A DNA stretch of 64,000 bases, taken from assembly GCA_965206645.1 (NCBI GenBank), contig CBDBKE010000002.1, positions 64,001-128,000 of the forward strand, read 5' to 3'. Shown in pieces: positions 55,396 through 64,000 of this stretch. The notes beneath the pieces were generated by a model. The model searched no databases, was not told where the DNA came from, and saw only the letters and a list, made by a program, of their open reading frames with translations. A program made the translations under genes and the position numbers. Source of the stretch: Terriglobia bacterium. GTDB lineage: Bacteria; Acidobacteriota; Terriglobia; JAJPHL01; JAPKYU01. Every line of letters begins with the position of its first letter. Position 1 is the first letter of the stretch.

Positions 55396-57564
55396 ATGAC
55401 GAGAAGAGTGATCGCAATGGCCGGCAAGGACAATGCTTGGTTGCTGGTGGGTTTGCTGTCGCTCGCCGTGTGGGCCTTCGCGGGAGACTTCGCCTCGGCG
55501 CAGGCGTCGGACTGGGAGACCTACATGGAGGTAGCGACCAAGGCCTATCGGGAAGGCCGATACGCCGAGGCCGAGAAGCAGCTCAAGGCTGCCCTGAAGG
55601 AAGCAGAAGCCTTCCAGCCAGAGGATCCGCGCTTGGCCACGAGCCTGAACAACCTGGCGGGGCTGTATCATGCCCAGGGCAAGTACGGGGAAGCCGAACC
55701 GCTGTTGAAGCGCTCGCTGGCGATGCGGGAGAAGGTTCTGGGGCCGGAACATCCCGTTGTGGCCAGGAGCCTGAACAACCTGGCGGGGCTGCATCACGCC
55801 CAGGGCAAGTACGCGGAAGCCGAACCGCTCTACAAGCGCGCGCTGACGATCCAGGAGAAGGCTCTGGGGCCGCAGCATCCCAGCGTAGCCGCAAGCTTGA
55901 ACAACCTAGCGGTGCTTTACGACACCCAGGCCAACTACGCGGAAGCCGAACCGCTCTACAAGCGCTCGCTGGCGATGCGGGAGAAGGTTCTGGGGCCGGA
56001 GCATCCCGATGTGGCCATGAGCCTTAATAACCTGGCGGAGCTTTACCGCGCCCAGGGCAACTACACCGAAGCCAAACCGCTTTCGAAACGTTCGCTGGCG
56101 ATCCGGGAGAAGGTTTTAGGGCCGCAGCATCCAGATGTGGCCACGAGCCTGAACAACCTGGCGGGACTTTATCACACCCAGGAGAACTACGCGGAAGCCG
56201 AACCGCTCTTCAAGCGCTCGCTGGCGATCCGGGAGAAGGTTCTGGGGCCGCAGCATCCCGATGTGGCCACGAGCCTCAATAACCTGGCGGAGCTTTACCG
56301 TCTCCAGGGCAACTACCCGGATCAGTTCCCGCTCAGGTTCGCCGCAGCCGAACCGCTCTTGAAGCGCGCGCTGGCGATCCAGGAGGAGGTTCTGGGGCCG
56401 CAGCATCCAGATGTGGCCACGAGTCTTCACAACCTGGCGGTGCTGTATGACACCCAGGCGAACTATCTCGCAGCCGAACCGCTCTTGAAGCGCGCGCTGG
56501 CGATCCAGGAGAAGGTTCTGGGACCGCAGCATCCAGATGTGGCCAGGAGCCTCAACAACCTGGCGGGGATTTACCGCACCCAGGGCAACTACGCCGAAGC
56601 TGAACCGCTCTACAAGCGCTCGCTGGCGATGCGGGAGAAGGTTCTAGGGCCGGAGCATCCCGACCTGGCCACGACCCTCAATAACTTGGCCGGGCTGTAC
56701 GACAGCCAAGGCAACTACGCGGCAGCCGAACCGCTCCACAAGCGCTTGCTGGCGATCCGGGAGAAGGTTCTGGGACCGGAGCATCCCGATGCGGCCCAGA
56801 CCCTCAACAACCTGGCACGGCTTTACCGCAACCAAGACAACCACGTGGCAGCCGAACGGCTCTTCAAACGCTTGCTGGCAATCCGGGAGAAGGCTCTGGA
56901 GCCGGAGCATCCCGACGTGGCCACGAGCCTGAATAACCTGGCGGAGCTTTACGACATCCGGGCCAACTACGCCGCGGCCGAACCACTCTACAAGCGCTTA
57001 CTGGCGATCCAGGAGAAGGTTCTGGGACCGGAACATCCCAAGGTAGCCACGAGCCTCAACAACCTGGCGAAGCTTTACCGCGGCCAGAGTGAGTACGCCG
57101 AAGCCGAACCGCTGTTGAAGCGCGCGCTGGCAATCCAGGAGAAGCTTCTGGGACCGGAGCATCCCGACGTGGCGAGCAGCCTCGACGGCTTGGCCGAAAT
57201 CTACCGCAAGCAAGGTAAATATGGCGACGCCGAGCCGCTGTTCCACCGCGCGCTCGTGATCCGGGAAAAGGTCCTGGGGCCGGAACACCCCGATAACGCC
57301 ATCACCCTTAGGAACTTGGCGACTCTCTACCGCGAGCAGGGCAAATATGACGACGCGGAGCCACTCTACAAGCACGCGCTCGCGGTCTGCGAAAAGGCAG
57401 TGGGCAAAGAGCATCCAGAAGTCGCCACGATCCTGGACAATTATGCCGTCCTGTTGGAAAAGACGAACCGCAAAGCCGAGGCAGAAAAGGCCGAGGCCCA
57501 CGCTCGGGCCATCCGGGCCAAGCACGCCCAAGATAACCCGCCCAAGATAACCCGACAGAGATAA
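55396..57564 (+). CDS. Exported kinesin-light-chain-type TPR protein (~15 x 42-aa repeats)
   Basis: Repeat HPDVATSLNNLAxLYxxQGNYAEAEPLYKRALAIxEKVLGPE; hydrophobic N-terminus. Confidence 0.93.
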   Translation: MTRRVIAMAGKDNAWLLVGLLSLAVWAFAGDFASAQASDWETYMEVATKAYREGRYAEAEKQLKAALKEAEAFQPEDPRLATSLNNLAGLYHAQGKYGEAEPLLKRSLAMREKVLGPEHPVVARSLNNLAGLHHAQGKYAEAEPLYKRALTIQEKALGPQHPSVAASLNNLAVLYDTQANYAEAEPLYKRSLAMREKVLGPEHPDVAMSLNNLAELYRAQGNYTEAKPLSKRSLAIREKVLGPQHPDVATSLNNLAGLYHTQENYAEAEPLFKRSLAIREKVLGPQHPDVATSLNNLAELYRLQGNYPDQFPLRFAAAEPLLKRALAIQEEVLGPQHPDVATSLHNLAVLYDTQANYLAAEPLLKRALAIQEKVLGPQHPDVARSLNNLAGIYRTQGNYAEAEPLYKRSLAMREKVLGPEHPDLATTLNNLAGLYDSQGNYAAAEPLHKRLLAIREKVLGPEHPDAAQTLNNLARLYRNQDNHVAAERLFKRLLAIREKALEPEHPDVATSLNNLAELYDIRANYAAAEPLYKRLLAIQEKVLGPEHPKVATSLNNLAKLYRGQSEYAEAEPLLKRALAIQEKLLGPEHPDVASSLDGLAEIYRKQGKYGDAEPLFHRALVIREKVLGPEHPDNAITLRNLATLYREQGKYDDAEPLYKHALAVCEKAVGKEHPEVATILDNYAVLLEKTNRKAEAEKAEAHARAIRAKHAQDNPPKITRQR

Positions 57565-57670
57565 CCCCGGAGAAATGAAACAGAAATAGGCTATCTGCAA
57601 AGCAGGTCTCCGAGGCCATGATTTCTTAGCCTGTTGTCCTTTGCCAACAGGTCATCCATAGTAGTCCTGA
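57547..57670 (+). repeat. Duplicated 3' flank of TPR genes (second copy ~62860-62978)
   Basis: Shared GAAATAGGCTATCTGCAAAGCAGGTCTCCGAGGCCATGATTTCTTA...TCATCCATAGTAGTCCTGA. Confidence 0.9.
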
Positions 57671-57731
57671 GGAGCAGATTGGCCGTAGGAACCCGAAATC
57701 TGTTCGCGCTTGCTTCCGCAAGTAAGGCCCG

Positions 57732-60700
57732 ATGACGAGAAGAGTGATCGTAATGGCCGGTAAGGAGACCGGCAAGAAGAATGGCCGGCAAGGAGAATGG
57801 CTGCTGGTGGGTTTGCTGTCGCTCGCCGTGTGGGCCTTCGCGGGAGACTTCGCCTCGGCGCAGGCGTCGGACTGGGAGACCTACATGGAGGCGGCTACCA
57901 AGGCCTACCGGGAAGGCCGTTACGCCGAGGCCGAAAAGCAGCTCAAGGCTGCCCTGAAGGAAGCGGAAGCTTTTAGGCCAGAGGATCCGCGCGTGGCCAC
58001 GAGCCTGAACAACCTGGCGGGGCTGTATCATGCCCAGGGCAAGTACACGGAAGCCGAACCACTCTTGAAGCGCTCGCTGGCGATGCGGGAGAAGATTCTG
58101 GGGCCAGTGCATCCGGAGGTGGCCAGGAGCCTGAACAACTTGGCGGGGCTGCATCACGCCCAGGGCAACTACATCGAAGCCGAACCGCTCTACAAGCGCG
58201 CGCTGGCAATCCAGGAGAAGGCTCTGGGGCCGGAGCATCCCAACGTAGCCACGAGTCTCAACAACCTGGCGGAGCTTTACCGCGCCCAGGGCAACCGCGC
58301 GGCAGCCGAACCGCTCTTCAAGCGCGCGATGGCGATCCGGGAGAAGGTTCTGGGACCGGAGCATCCCAATGTGGCCACGAGTCTTAGCAGCCTGGCGGCG
58401 CTTTACCACGCCCAGGGCAACTACGCCGAAGCCGAACCGCTCTTCAAGCGCGCGCTGGCGATCCAGGAGAAGGTTCTGCGACCGGAGCATCCCAGCGTAG
58501 CCACGAGTCTCAACAACCTGGCGGCGCTTTACCACGCCCAGGCCAACTACGTCGCAGCTGAACCGCTCTTCAAGCGCGCGCTGGCGATCCAAGAGGAGGT
58601 TCTGGGGCCGGAGCATCCCGATGTGGCCAGGAGCCTCAACAACTTGGCGGGGATTTACCGCGCCCAGGAAAACTACGCGGCAGCCGAACCGCTTTACAAG
58701 CGCGCGATGGCGATCCAGGAGAAGGTTCTGGGGCCGGGGCATCCCGATGTGGCCACGAGCCTCAATAACCTGGCGGAGGTTTATCGCGTCCAGGCCAATT
58801 ACGCGACGGCCGAACCCCTCTACAAGCGCGCGCTGGCGATCCAGGAGAAGGTTCTGGGACCGGAGCATCCCAGCGTAGCCACGAGTCTTAGCAACCTGGG
58901 GGGCCTGTACAACACCCAGGCCAACTACGTCGCAGCCGAACCTTTTTTGAGGCGCGCGCTGGCGATCCAGGAGAAGGTTCTGGGGCCGGAGCATCCCGAC
59001 GTGGCCATGAGCCTCAACAACCTGGCGGGGATTTACCGCGGCCCGGGCAATTACGCGGCAGCCGAACCGCTCTACAAGCGCGCGCTGGCGATCCGGGAGA
59101 AAGTCCTGGGGCCGGAGCATCCCGATGTGGTCTCGAGCCTTACCAGCCTGGCGGAGCTTTACCACATCCAAGGCAACTACGCCGCAGCCGAACCGCTCTA
59201 CAAGCGCTTGCTGGCGACACAGGAGAAGGCTCTGGGCCCGGAGCATCCCGATGCGGCCCAGATCCTCAACAACCTGGCACGGCTTTACCGTGCCCAAGGC
59301 AACGACGCGGCAGCCGAACCGCTCTTCAAGCGCTTGTTGGCGACCCGGGAGAAGGTTCTGGAGGTGGTGAGGGCCGGGCCGCAGTCCAGGCCCGCTTCCA
59401 CGGCTCCCCCGATCGCCTTTGTGGATGAGACGGCCCGCTCGGGCGTCAACTTCAAGACCGCGAACAGCAAGACCTCGGAGAAGTACCTGATGGAATCGAT
59501 GGTGGGCGGCGTGGCGATGCTGGATTTCGACGCCGACGGGCTGCTGGACCTGTTCCTGGTGAACGGGGCGGCGCTGGCGGACCCGATGCCGGAGGGCGCC
59601 CGGCCCGACAAATCCGAGCCGCGCTATTGGAACCGGCTGTACCGCAACGACGGAGACGGCACCTTCACCGATGTCACGGAGGAAGCGGGCGTGGCGGGGT
59701 ATTCCTACGGGATGGGGGCGGTGGCGGGCGACTATGACAACGACGGGCATGCGGACCTGTACGTCACCAATTACGGGAACAACATCCTGTACCACAACAA
59801 CGGCGACGGCACCTTTCGCGACGTGACAGAGCAGGCGGGCGTAGGGGGCGGGGGCTGGTCGGCCAGCGCCGCCTTCCTGGACTATGACCGCGATGGCCAC
59901 CTGGACCTGTTCGTCACGCGCTACGTAGTCTGGGACTTCCAGTTGAGTCCGTTCTGCGGGGATCGCAGGCCTGGCTACCGCGGGTACTGTCACCCCCGGC
60001 ATTTCAAGCCCATTTCCCACCTGCTCTACCGTAACAATGGCGACGGCACCTTCACCGATGTGTCTGGGCCATCGGGGGTGGAAGCCTCGCCCGGAAAAGG
60101 GCTGGGCGTGGCGGTACACGATTTCGACCGCGACGGCTGGCCTGACATCTTCGTGGCCAACGACTCGTTCCCGCAGCAGCTTTTCCGCAACAACGGCGAC
60201 GACACCTTCACCGAAACCGCCCTGCCGCTGGGCCTGGCTTATGACGACGACGGGAAAACGTTTGCCGGGATGGGGACTGACTTCGGCGACTACGACAATG
60301 ATGGCTGGCCCGACATCTTCGTCAATGCCCTGGCTGCCCAGCGCTATGCGCTGTTCCGCAACGATGGCGACTCGTTTGAATATGCCTCAGGGCCCACCGA
60401 GGTCGCTCGCATCACGCTGCTGCACTCCGGCTGGGGCACCAAGTTCGTCGATTTCGACAATGACGGCTGGAAGGACCTGATGGTGGCCCAGGGCCACGTG
60501 ATGGACAACATCCACTTGCAGCAGCCCTTCGCGCGCTATCTGGAGCCGCTGCTGCTGATGCGCAACCTGGGCGGCCGCTTTGAGGATGTATCCCAGCAGG
60601 CGGGCCCGGCCTTCCAGGTCCCGCTGGCCGCCCGCGGCGCGGCCTTCGGCGACCTGAACAACGACGGGCGGCCGGATATCGTCGTCAGTGTCCTGGACGG

Positions 60701-61046
60701 TCCGGCGCTGGTCCTGCGCAATGCCAGCCCGCCGGAGAACTACTGGCTGCTGGTGAACACGGTGGGCACGCGCAGCAACCGGGAAGGCATCGGGGCTGCG
60801 CTGCGCCTGGTGTCGGGCTCCGGACGCGAGCAGCGCGCCTTTGTGAGCACCGCAGGCAGCTACATGTCCTCCAACGACAAGCGCGTCCACTTCGGCCTGG
60901 GGAGTGAGCGGACCATCCGCCTGCTGGAGATCCGCTGGCCCAGCGGAGTGGTGCAGCGGCTGGAGGGAGTCCAGCCCAACCAGATCCTGACGGTACGCGA
61001 GCCGGAGCGCACCGAATCTGCCCCTCCACAGCCAGCTTCCAATTGA
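57732..61046 (+). CDS. KLC-type TPR (~11 repeats) fused to a CRTAC1/ASPIC-UnbV protein
   Basis: TPR array ends at REKVLE, then PIAFVDETARSGV, FG-GAP repeats and SYMSSNDKRVHFGLG. Confidence 0.92.
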   Translation: MTRRVIVMAGKETGKKNGRQGEWLLVGLLSLAVWAFAGDFASAQASDWETYMEAATKAYREGRYAEAEKQLKAALKEAEAFRPEDPRVATSLNNLAGLYHAQGKYTEAEPLLKRSLAMREKILGPVHPEVARSLNNLAGLHHAQGNYIEAEPLYKRALAIQEKALGPEHPNVATSLNNLAELYRAQGNRAAAEPLFKRAMAIREKVLGPEHPNVATSLSSLAALYHAQGNYAEAEPLFKRALAIQEKVLRPEHPSVATSLNNLAALYHAQANYVAAEPLFKRALAIQEEVLGPEHPDVARSLNNLAGIYRAQENYAAAEPLYKRAMAIQEKVLGPGHPDVATSLNNLAEVYRVQANYATAEPLYKRALAIQEKVLGPEHPSVATSLSNLGGLYNTQANYVAAEPFLRRALAIQEKVLGPEHPDVAMSLNNLAGIYRGPGNYAAAEPLYKRALAIREKVLGPEHPDVVSSLTSLAELYHIQGNYAAAEPLYKRLLATQEKALGPEHPDAAQILNNLARLYRAQGNDAAAEPLFKRLLATREKVLEVVRAGPQSRPASTAPPIAFVDETARSGVNFKTANSKTSEKYLMESMVGGVAMLDFDADGLLDLFLVNGAALADPMPEGARPDKSEPRYWNRLYRNDGDGTFTDVTEEAGVAGYSYGMGAVAGDYDNDGHADLYVTNYGNNILYHNNGDGTFRDVTEQAGVGGGGWSASAAFLDYDRDGHLDLFVTRYVVWDFQLSPFCGDRRPGYRGYCHPRHFKPISHLLYRNNGDGTFTDVSGPSGVEASPGKGLGVAVHDFDRDGWPDIFVANDSFPQQLFRNNGDDTFTETALPLGLAYDDDGKTFAGMGTDFGDYDNDGWPDIFVNALAAQRYALFRNDGDSFEYASGPTEVARITLLHSGWGTKFVDFDNDGWKDLMVAQGHVMDNIHLQQPFARYLEPLLLMRNLGGRFEDVSQQAGPAFQVPLAARGAAFGDLNNDGRPDIVVSVLDGPALVLRNASPPENYWLLVNTVGTRSNREGIGAALRLVSGSGREQRAFVSTAGSYMSSNDKRVHFGLGSERTIRLLEIRWPSGVVQRLEGVQPNQILTVREPERTESAPPQPASN

Positions 61047-61099
61047 CTGGGATGTCCTTAATTGAGATTGGAAGTGGCTTCTCCCCAAGGTAAGGCCCG

Positions 61100-62863
61100 A
61101 TGACGAGAAGAGCGATCGTAATGGCCGGCAAGGAGACCGGCAAGAAGAATGGCCGGCAAGGAGAATGGTTGCTGGTGGGTTTGCTGTCGCTCGTCGTGTG
61201 GGCCTTGGCGGGAGACTTCGCCTTGGCGCAGGCGCCGGACTGGGAGACCTACATGGAGGCGGCTACCAAGGCCTATCGGGAAGGTCGTTACGCCGAGGCC
61301 GAAAAGCAGCTCAAGGCCGCCCTGAAGGAAGCGGAAGACTTCCGGCCAGAGGATCCGCGCATGGCCACGAGCCTGAATAACCTGGCGGGGCTGTATCACG
61401 CCCAGGGCAAGTACGCGGAAGCCGAACCGCTGTTGAAGCGCGCGCTGGCGATGCGGGAGGAGGTTCTGGGGCCGGAGCATCCGGAGGTGGCCAGGAGTCT
61501 TAGCAGCCTGGCGGGGCTGTTTCATGCCCAGGGCAAGTACGCGGAAGCCGAACCGCTGTTGAAGCGCGCGCTGGCGATCCAGGAGAAGGTTCTGGGGCCG
61601 CAGCATCCCAACGTAGCCACGAGTCTCAACAACCTGGCGGAGTTTTACCGCCTCCAGGGCAACTACGCCGCAGCCGAATCGCTGTTCAAGCGCTCGCTGG
61701 CGATCCGGGAGAAGGTTCTGGGGCCGGAGCATCCCGATGTGGCCACGAGTCTTAGCAGCCTGGCGGTGCTTTACCACACCCAGGACAACTACGCAGTAGC
61801 TGAACCCCTCTTTAAACGCTCGCTGGCGATCCAGAAGAAGGTTCTGGGGCCGGAGCATCCCAACGTAGCCACGAGTCTCAACAACTTGGCGGCGCTTTAC
61901 AACACTCAGGCCAACTACGTCGCAGCCGAACCGCTCTTCAAGCGTTCACTGGCGATCCAGGAGAAGGTTCTGGGGCCGGAACATCCCGATGTGGCCAGGA
62001 GTCTCAACAACCTAGCGGAGCTTTACCGCGCCCAGGGCAACCACGCCGCTGGCGAACCGCTCTACAAACGCTCGCTGGCGATCCGAGAAAGGGTTCTAGG
62101 GCCGGAGCATCCCGATGTGGCCATGAGCCTCAACAACCTAGCGGAGCTGCACGTCAGCCAAGGCAACTACGCGGCAGCCGAACCGCTCTACAAGCGCTTG
62201 CTGGCGATCCAGGAGAAGACTCTGGGGCCGGGGCATCCCGACGTGGCCCAGACCCTCAACAGCCTGGCACGGCTTTACCGCAACCAAGACAACCACCCGG
62301 AAGCCGAACCGCTCTTGAAGCGCGCGCTGGCGATCCGGGAGAAGGTTCTGGAGCCGGCGCATCCCGACATAGCTCAGAGCCTTAACAACCTGGAGGAGCT
62401 TTACCGCTCCCAGGGCAACTACGCCGCGGCCGAACCACTCTTGAAGCGCTTGCTGGCGATCCAGGAGAAGCTTCTGGGACCGGAACATCCCAAGGTAGCC
62501 ACGAGCCTCAACAACCTGGCGAAGCTTTACCGCGTCCAGAGCGACTACGCCGAAGCGGAACCGCTCTTGAAGCGCGCGCTGGCGATCCAGGAGAAGCTTC
62601 TGGGACCGGAGCATCCCGACGTGGCCCGGAGCCTCAACAACCTAGCGGAGCTTTACAACATCCAAGGCAACTACGCGGCAGCCGAACCAATCTTCAAGCG
62701 CGCGCTGGCGATCCGGGAGAAGGCTCTGGGGCCGCAGCATCCCGACGTGGCGAGCAGCCTCGACGGCTTGGCCGAGATCTACCGCAAGCAAGGTAAATAT
62801 GGCGACGCCGAGCCGCTGTTCCACCGCGCGCTCGTGATCCGGGAAAAGGTCTTGGGGCGATAA
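61100..62863 (+). CDS. Exported KLC-type TPR protein (~12 repeats), C-terminally shortened paralogue
   Basis: N-terminus nearly identical to 57732; ends at REKVLGR* where the 55396 gene continues. Confidence 0.9.
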   Translation: MTRRAIVMAGKETGKKNGRQGEWLLVGLLSLVVWALAGDFALAQAPDWETYMEAATKAYREGRYAEAEKQLKAALKEAEDFRPEDPRMATSLNNLAGLYHAQGKYAEAEPLLKRALAMREEVLGPEHPEVARSLSSLAGLFHAQGKYAEAEPLLKRALAIQEKVLGPQHPNVATSLNNLAEFYRLQGNYAAAESLFKRSLAIREKVLGPEHPDVATSLSSLAVLYHTQDNYAVAEPLFKRSLAIQKKVLGPEHPNVATSLNNLAALYNTQANYVAAEPLFKRSLAIQEKVLGPEHPDVARSLNNLAELYRAQGNHAAGEPLYKRSLAIRERVLGPEHPDVAMSLNNLAELHVSQGNYAAAEPLYKRLLAIQEKTLGPGHPDVAQTLNSLARLYRNQDNHPEAEPLLKRALAIREKVLEPAHPDIAQSLNNLEELYRSQGNYAAAEPLLKRLLAIQEKLLGPEHPKVATSLNNLAKLYRVQSDYAEAEPLLKRALAIQEKLLGPEHPDVARSLNNLAELYNIQGNYAAAEPIFKRALAIREKALGPQHPDVASSLDGLAEIYRKQGKYGDAEPLFHRALVIREKVLGR

Positions 62864-63091
62864 CCTGAAGAGATAACCTCGGGAAATGAGACGGAAATAG
62901 GCTATCTGCAAAGCAGGTCTCCGAGGCCATGATTTCTTACCCTGTCCTTTGCCAAGAGCTCATCCATAGTAGTCCTGAATGAGAGCTAAGCTACTGACAG
63001 CAAGGGATTTGGTGGTGGTGGTGGTGTGTGGAGCGCCAGGGCATTGCCGGATGGTGGTACTGAAGGCTTCAGAACACTTACGAAAAAACAC

Positions 63092-63121
63092 TTGACAGTG
63101 AAAACTATGGCCTCCTACTAT
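63092..63121 (+). promoter_or_regulatory. Sigma70 promoter of the TonB receptor
   Basis: TTGACA-18 bp-TACTAT. Confidence 0.6.
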
Positions 63122-63182
63122 ACCCTCGCGGTCAGGTGGTAGCGATACTTAACTTAACGCCAAAAAGGATGGGAAGAAGGTT

Positions 63183-64000
63183 ATGACGAGGACGCTCGCG
63201 ATCAGTGTTTTGGTTTTCGTGTTGGCATTCGCGCTGAACTTGCAGGCCCAGGGCGATCGAGGAATGATTCGGGGAACGGTGCTCGATCCTACGGGAGCGG
63301 CAGTCCCCGGAGCCACAGTCACAGTCACCAACACGGGCACAGGCGCCGATACGGTTACATCGACGAGCGGCTCCGGCCTTTACAACGTTGCGCAACTCGT
63401 GCCGGGGACCTACGTCGTGTCGGTGGAGCTGACCGGCTTCAAGCGCGCAGTGGCAGACGGTGTCGAAGTCAATGTGGGTGCTGTGGTGGGCTTAGACTTC
63501 ACGCTGGAACTGGGCGCGGTGGCCGAAAGCGTGGAGGTGACGGCGGCGGCGCCACAACTGCGAACCGAGACCACCGAGGTCGGGACCGTGCTTCCTCAAG
63601 TCGTGATGACCGATCTCCCGATTGAGGTTGGGGGCAGCGGCCGGCGGCCGATAAGTTTCATTTTCCTGGCGCCGGGCGCCTCTGCGGGCGGCGCGTATAG
63701 ACCTGAGGGTGATGTCCGAAGCAATCCCGGCTCTACCTTCTACCAGAGAATCAATGGTGGCCAGTTTGGGTCGCTGGAACAGAACCTGGACGGCCTGACG
63801 TTGCATGTGGGGCCGGGTGCGATGCAAAGCACCAATGAATTGAGCATGGCGCCGGAAGCAGTTCAGGAAGCCTCGCTTTCGTCCAGCACCGCCTCGGCGG
63901 AGACCAACTCCGGTGGCGGTACGGCAAAATTCATCACAAAGTCCGGAACCAATGAGCTTCACGGCAACCTGTATTATTTCTGGCGCAACGACTACCTCGA
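63183..64000 (+). CDS. TonB-dependent receptor with N-terminal carboxypeptidase-regulatory-like domain (3'-truncated by window; absent from ORF track)
   Basis: MTRTLAISVLVFVLAFALNLQAQGDRGMIRGTVLDPTGAAVPGATVTVTN... in frame with ITKSGTNELHGNLYYFWRND. Confidence 0.9.
   Translation, partial: MTRTLAISVLVFVLAFALNLQAQGDRGMIRGTVLDPTGAAVPGATVTVTNTGTGADTVTSTSGSGLYNVAQLVPGTYVVSVELTGFKRAVADGVEVNVGAVVGLDFTLELGAVAESVEVTAAAPQLRTETTEVGTVLPQVVMTDLPIEVGGSGRRPISFIFLAPGASAGGAYRPEGDVRSNPGSTFYQRINGGQFGSLEQNLDGLTLHVGPGAMQSTNELSMAPEAVQEASLSSSTASAETNSGGGTAKFITKSGTNELHGNLYYFWRNDYL

Noticed and set aside
57591-60119. 842-aa antisense ORF (and other long antisense ORFs such as 41635-43041, 43216-44403, 7810-8802)
   Set aside because: Shadow frames of GC-rich or repetitive genes; no independent motifs
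55396-62863. CRISPR array or diversity-generating retroelement
   Set aside because: Repeats are contiguous coding units with no spacers; no cas or reverse transcriptase gene; differences do not look adenine-specific by eye
63011-63026. (GGT)5 microsatellite as a phase-variation switch
   Set aside because: Short, intergenic and upstream of the -35 element; no evident effect

Overview
GC-rich bacterial chromosome segment, probably Acidobacteriota (inferred from the CarboxypepD-type TonB receptor, the CRTAC1/ASPIC-UnbV proteins and the DUF1501/DUF1553 pairs). 1-19.4 kb is core amino-acid and sulfur metabolism: trpB-trpA-chorismate mutase-tyrA; tauE-like + cysH; two divergent LysR paralogues; a radical SAM enzyme; hom + aspartokinase; cimA-ilvC-ilvN-ilvB. 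19.8-53.5 kb is accessory: hydrolases and oxidoreductases, three DUF1549/DUF1553 + DUF1501 pairs, a sialidase, two IS1380 copies plus decayed IS1380 ends, a solitary integron attC, gene stumps and tRNA-Arg(ACG). 53.5-64 kb is a CRTAC1 / kinesin-light-chain-type TPR array ahead of a TonB-dependent receptor. The most interesting signals are not in the ORF track. (i) A candidate cysteine-sensing leader-peptide attenuator, with a LysR box, lies ahead of tauE-cysH (4683-4896). (ii) A Thr-rich leader-peptide attenuator lies ahead of aspartokinase-hom (13763-13898). (iii) A shuffled, recently duplicated TPR-repeat gene family includes a TPR::CRTAC1 fusion. (iv) A pair of tyrosine-recombinase-like sites brackets an 8.5-kb module. 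All calls were made by eye; no searches were run.
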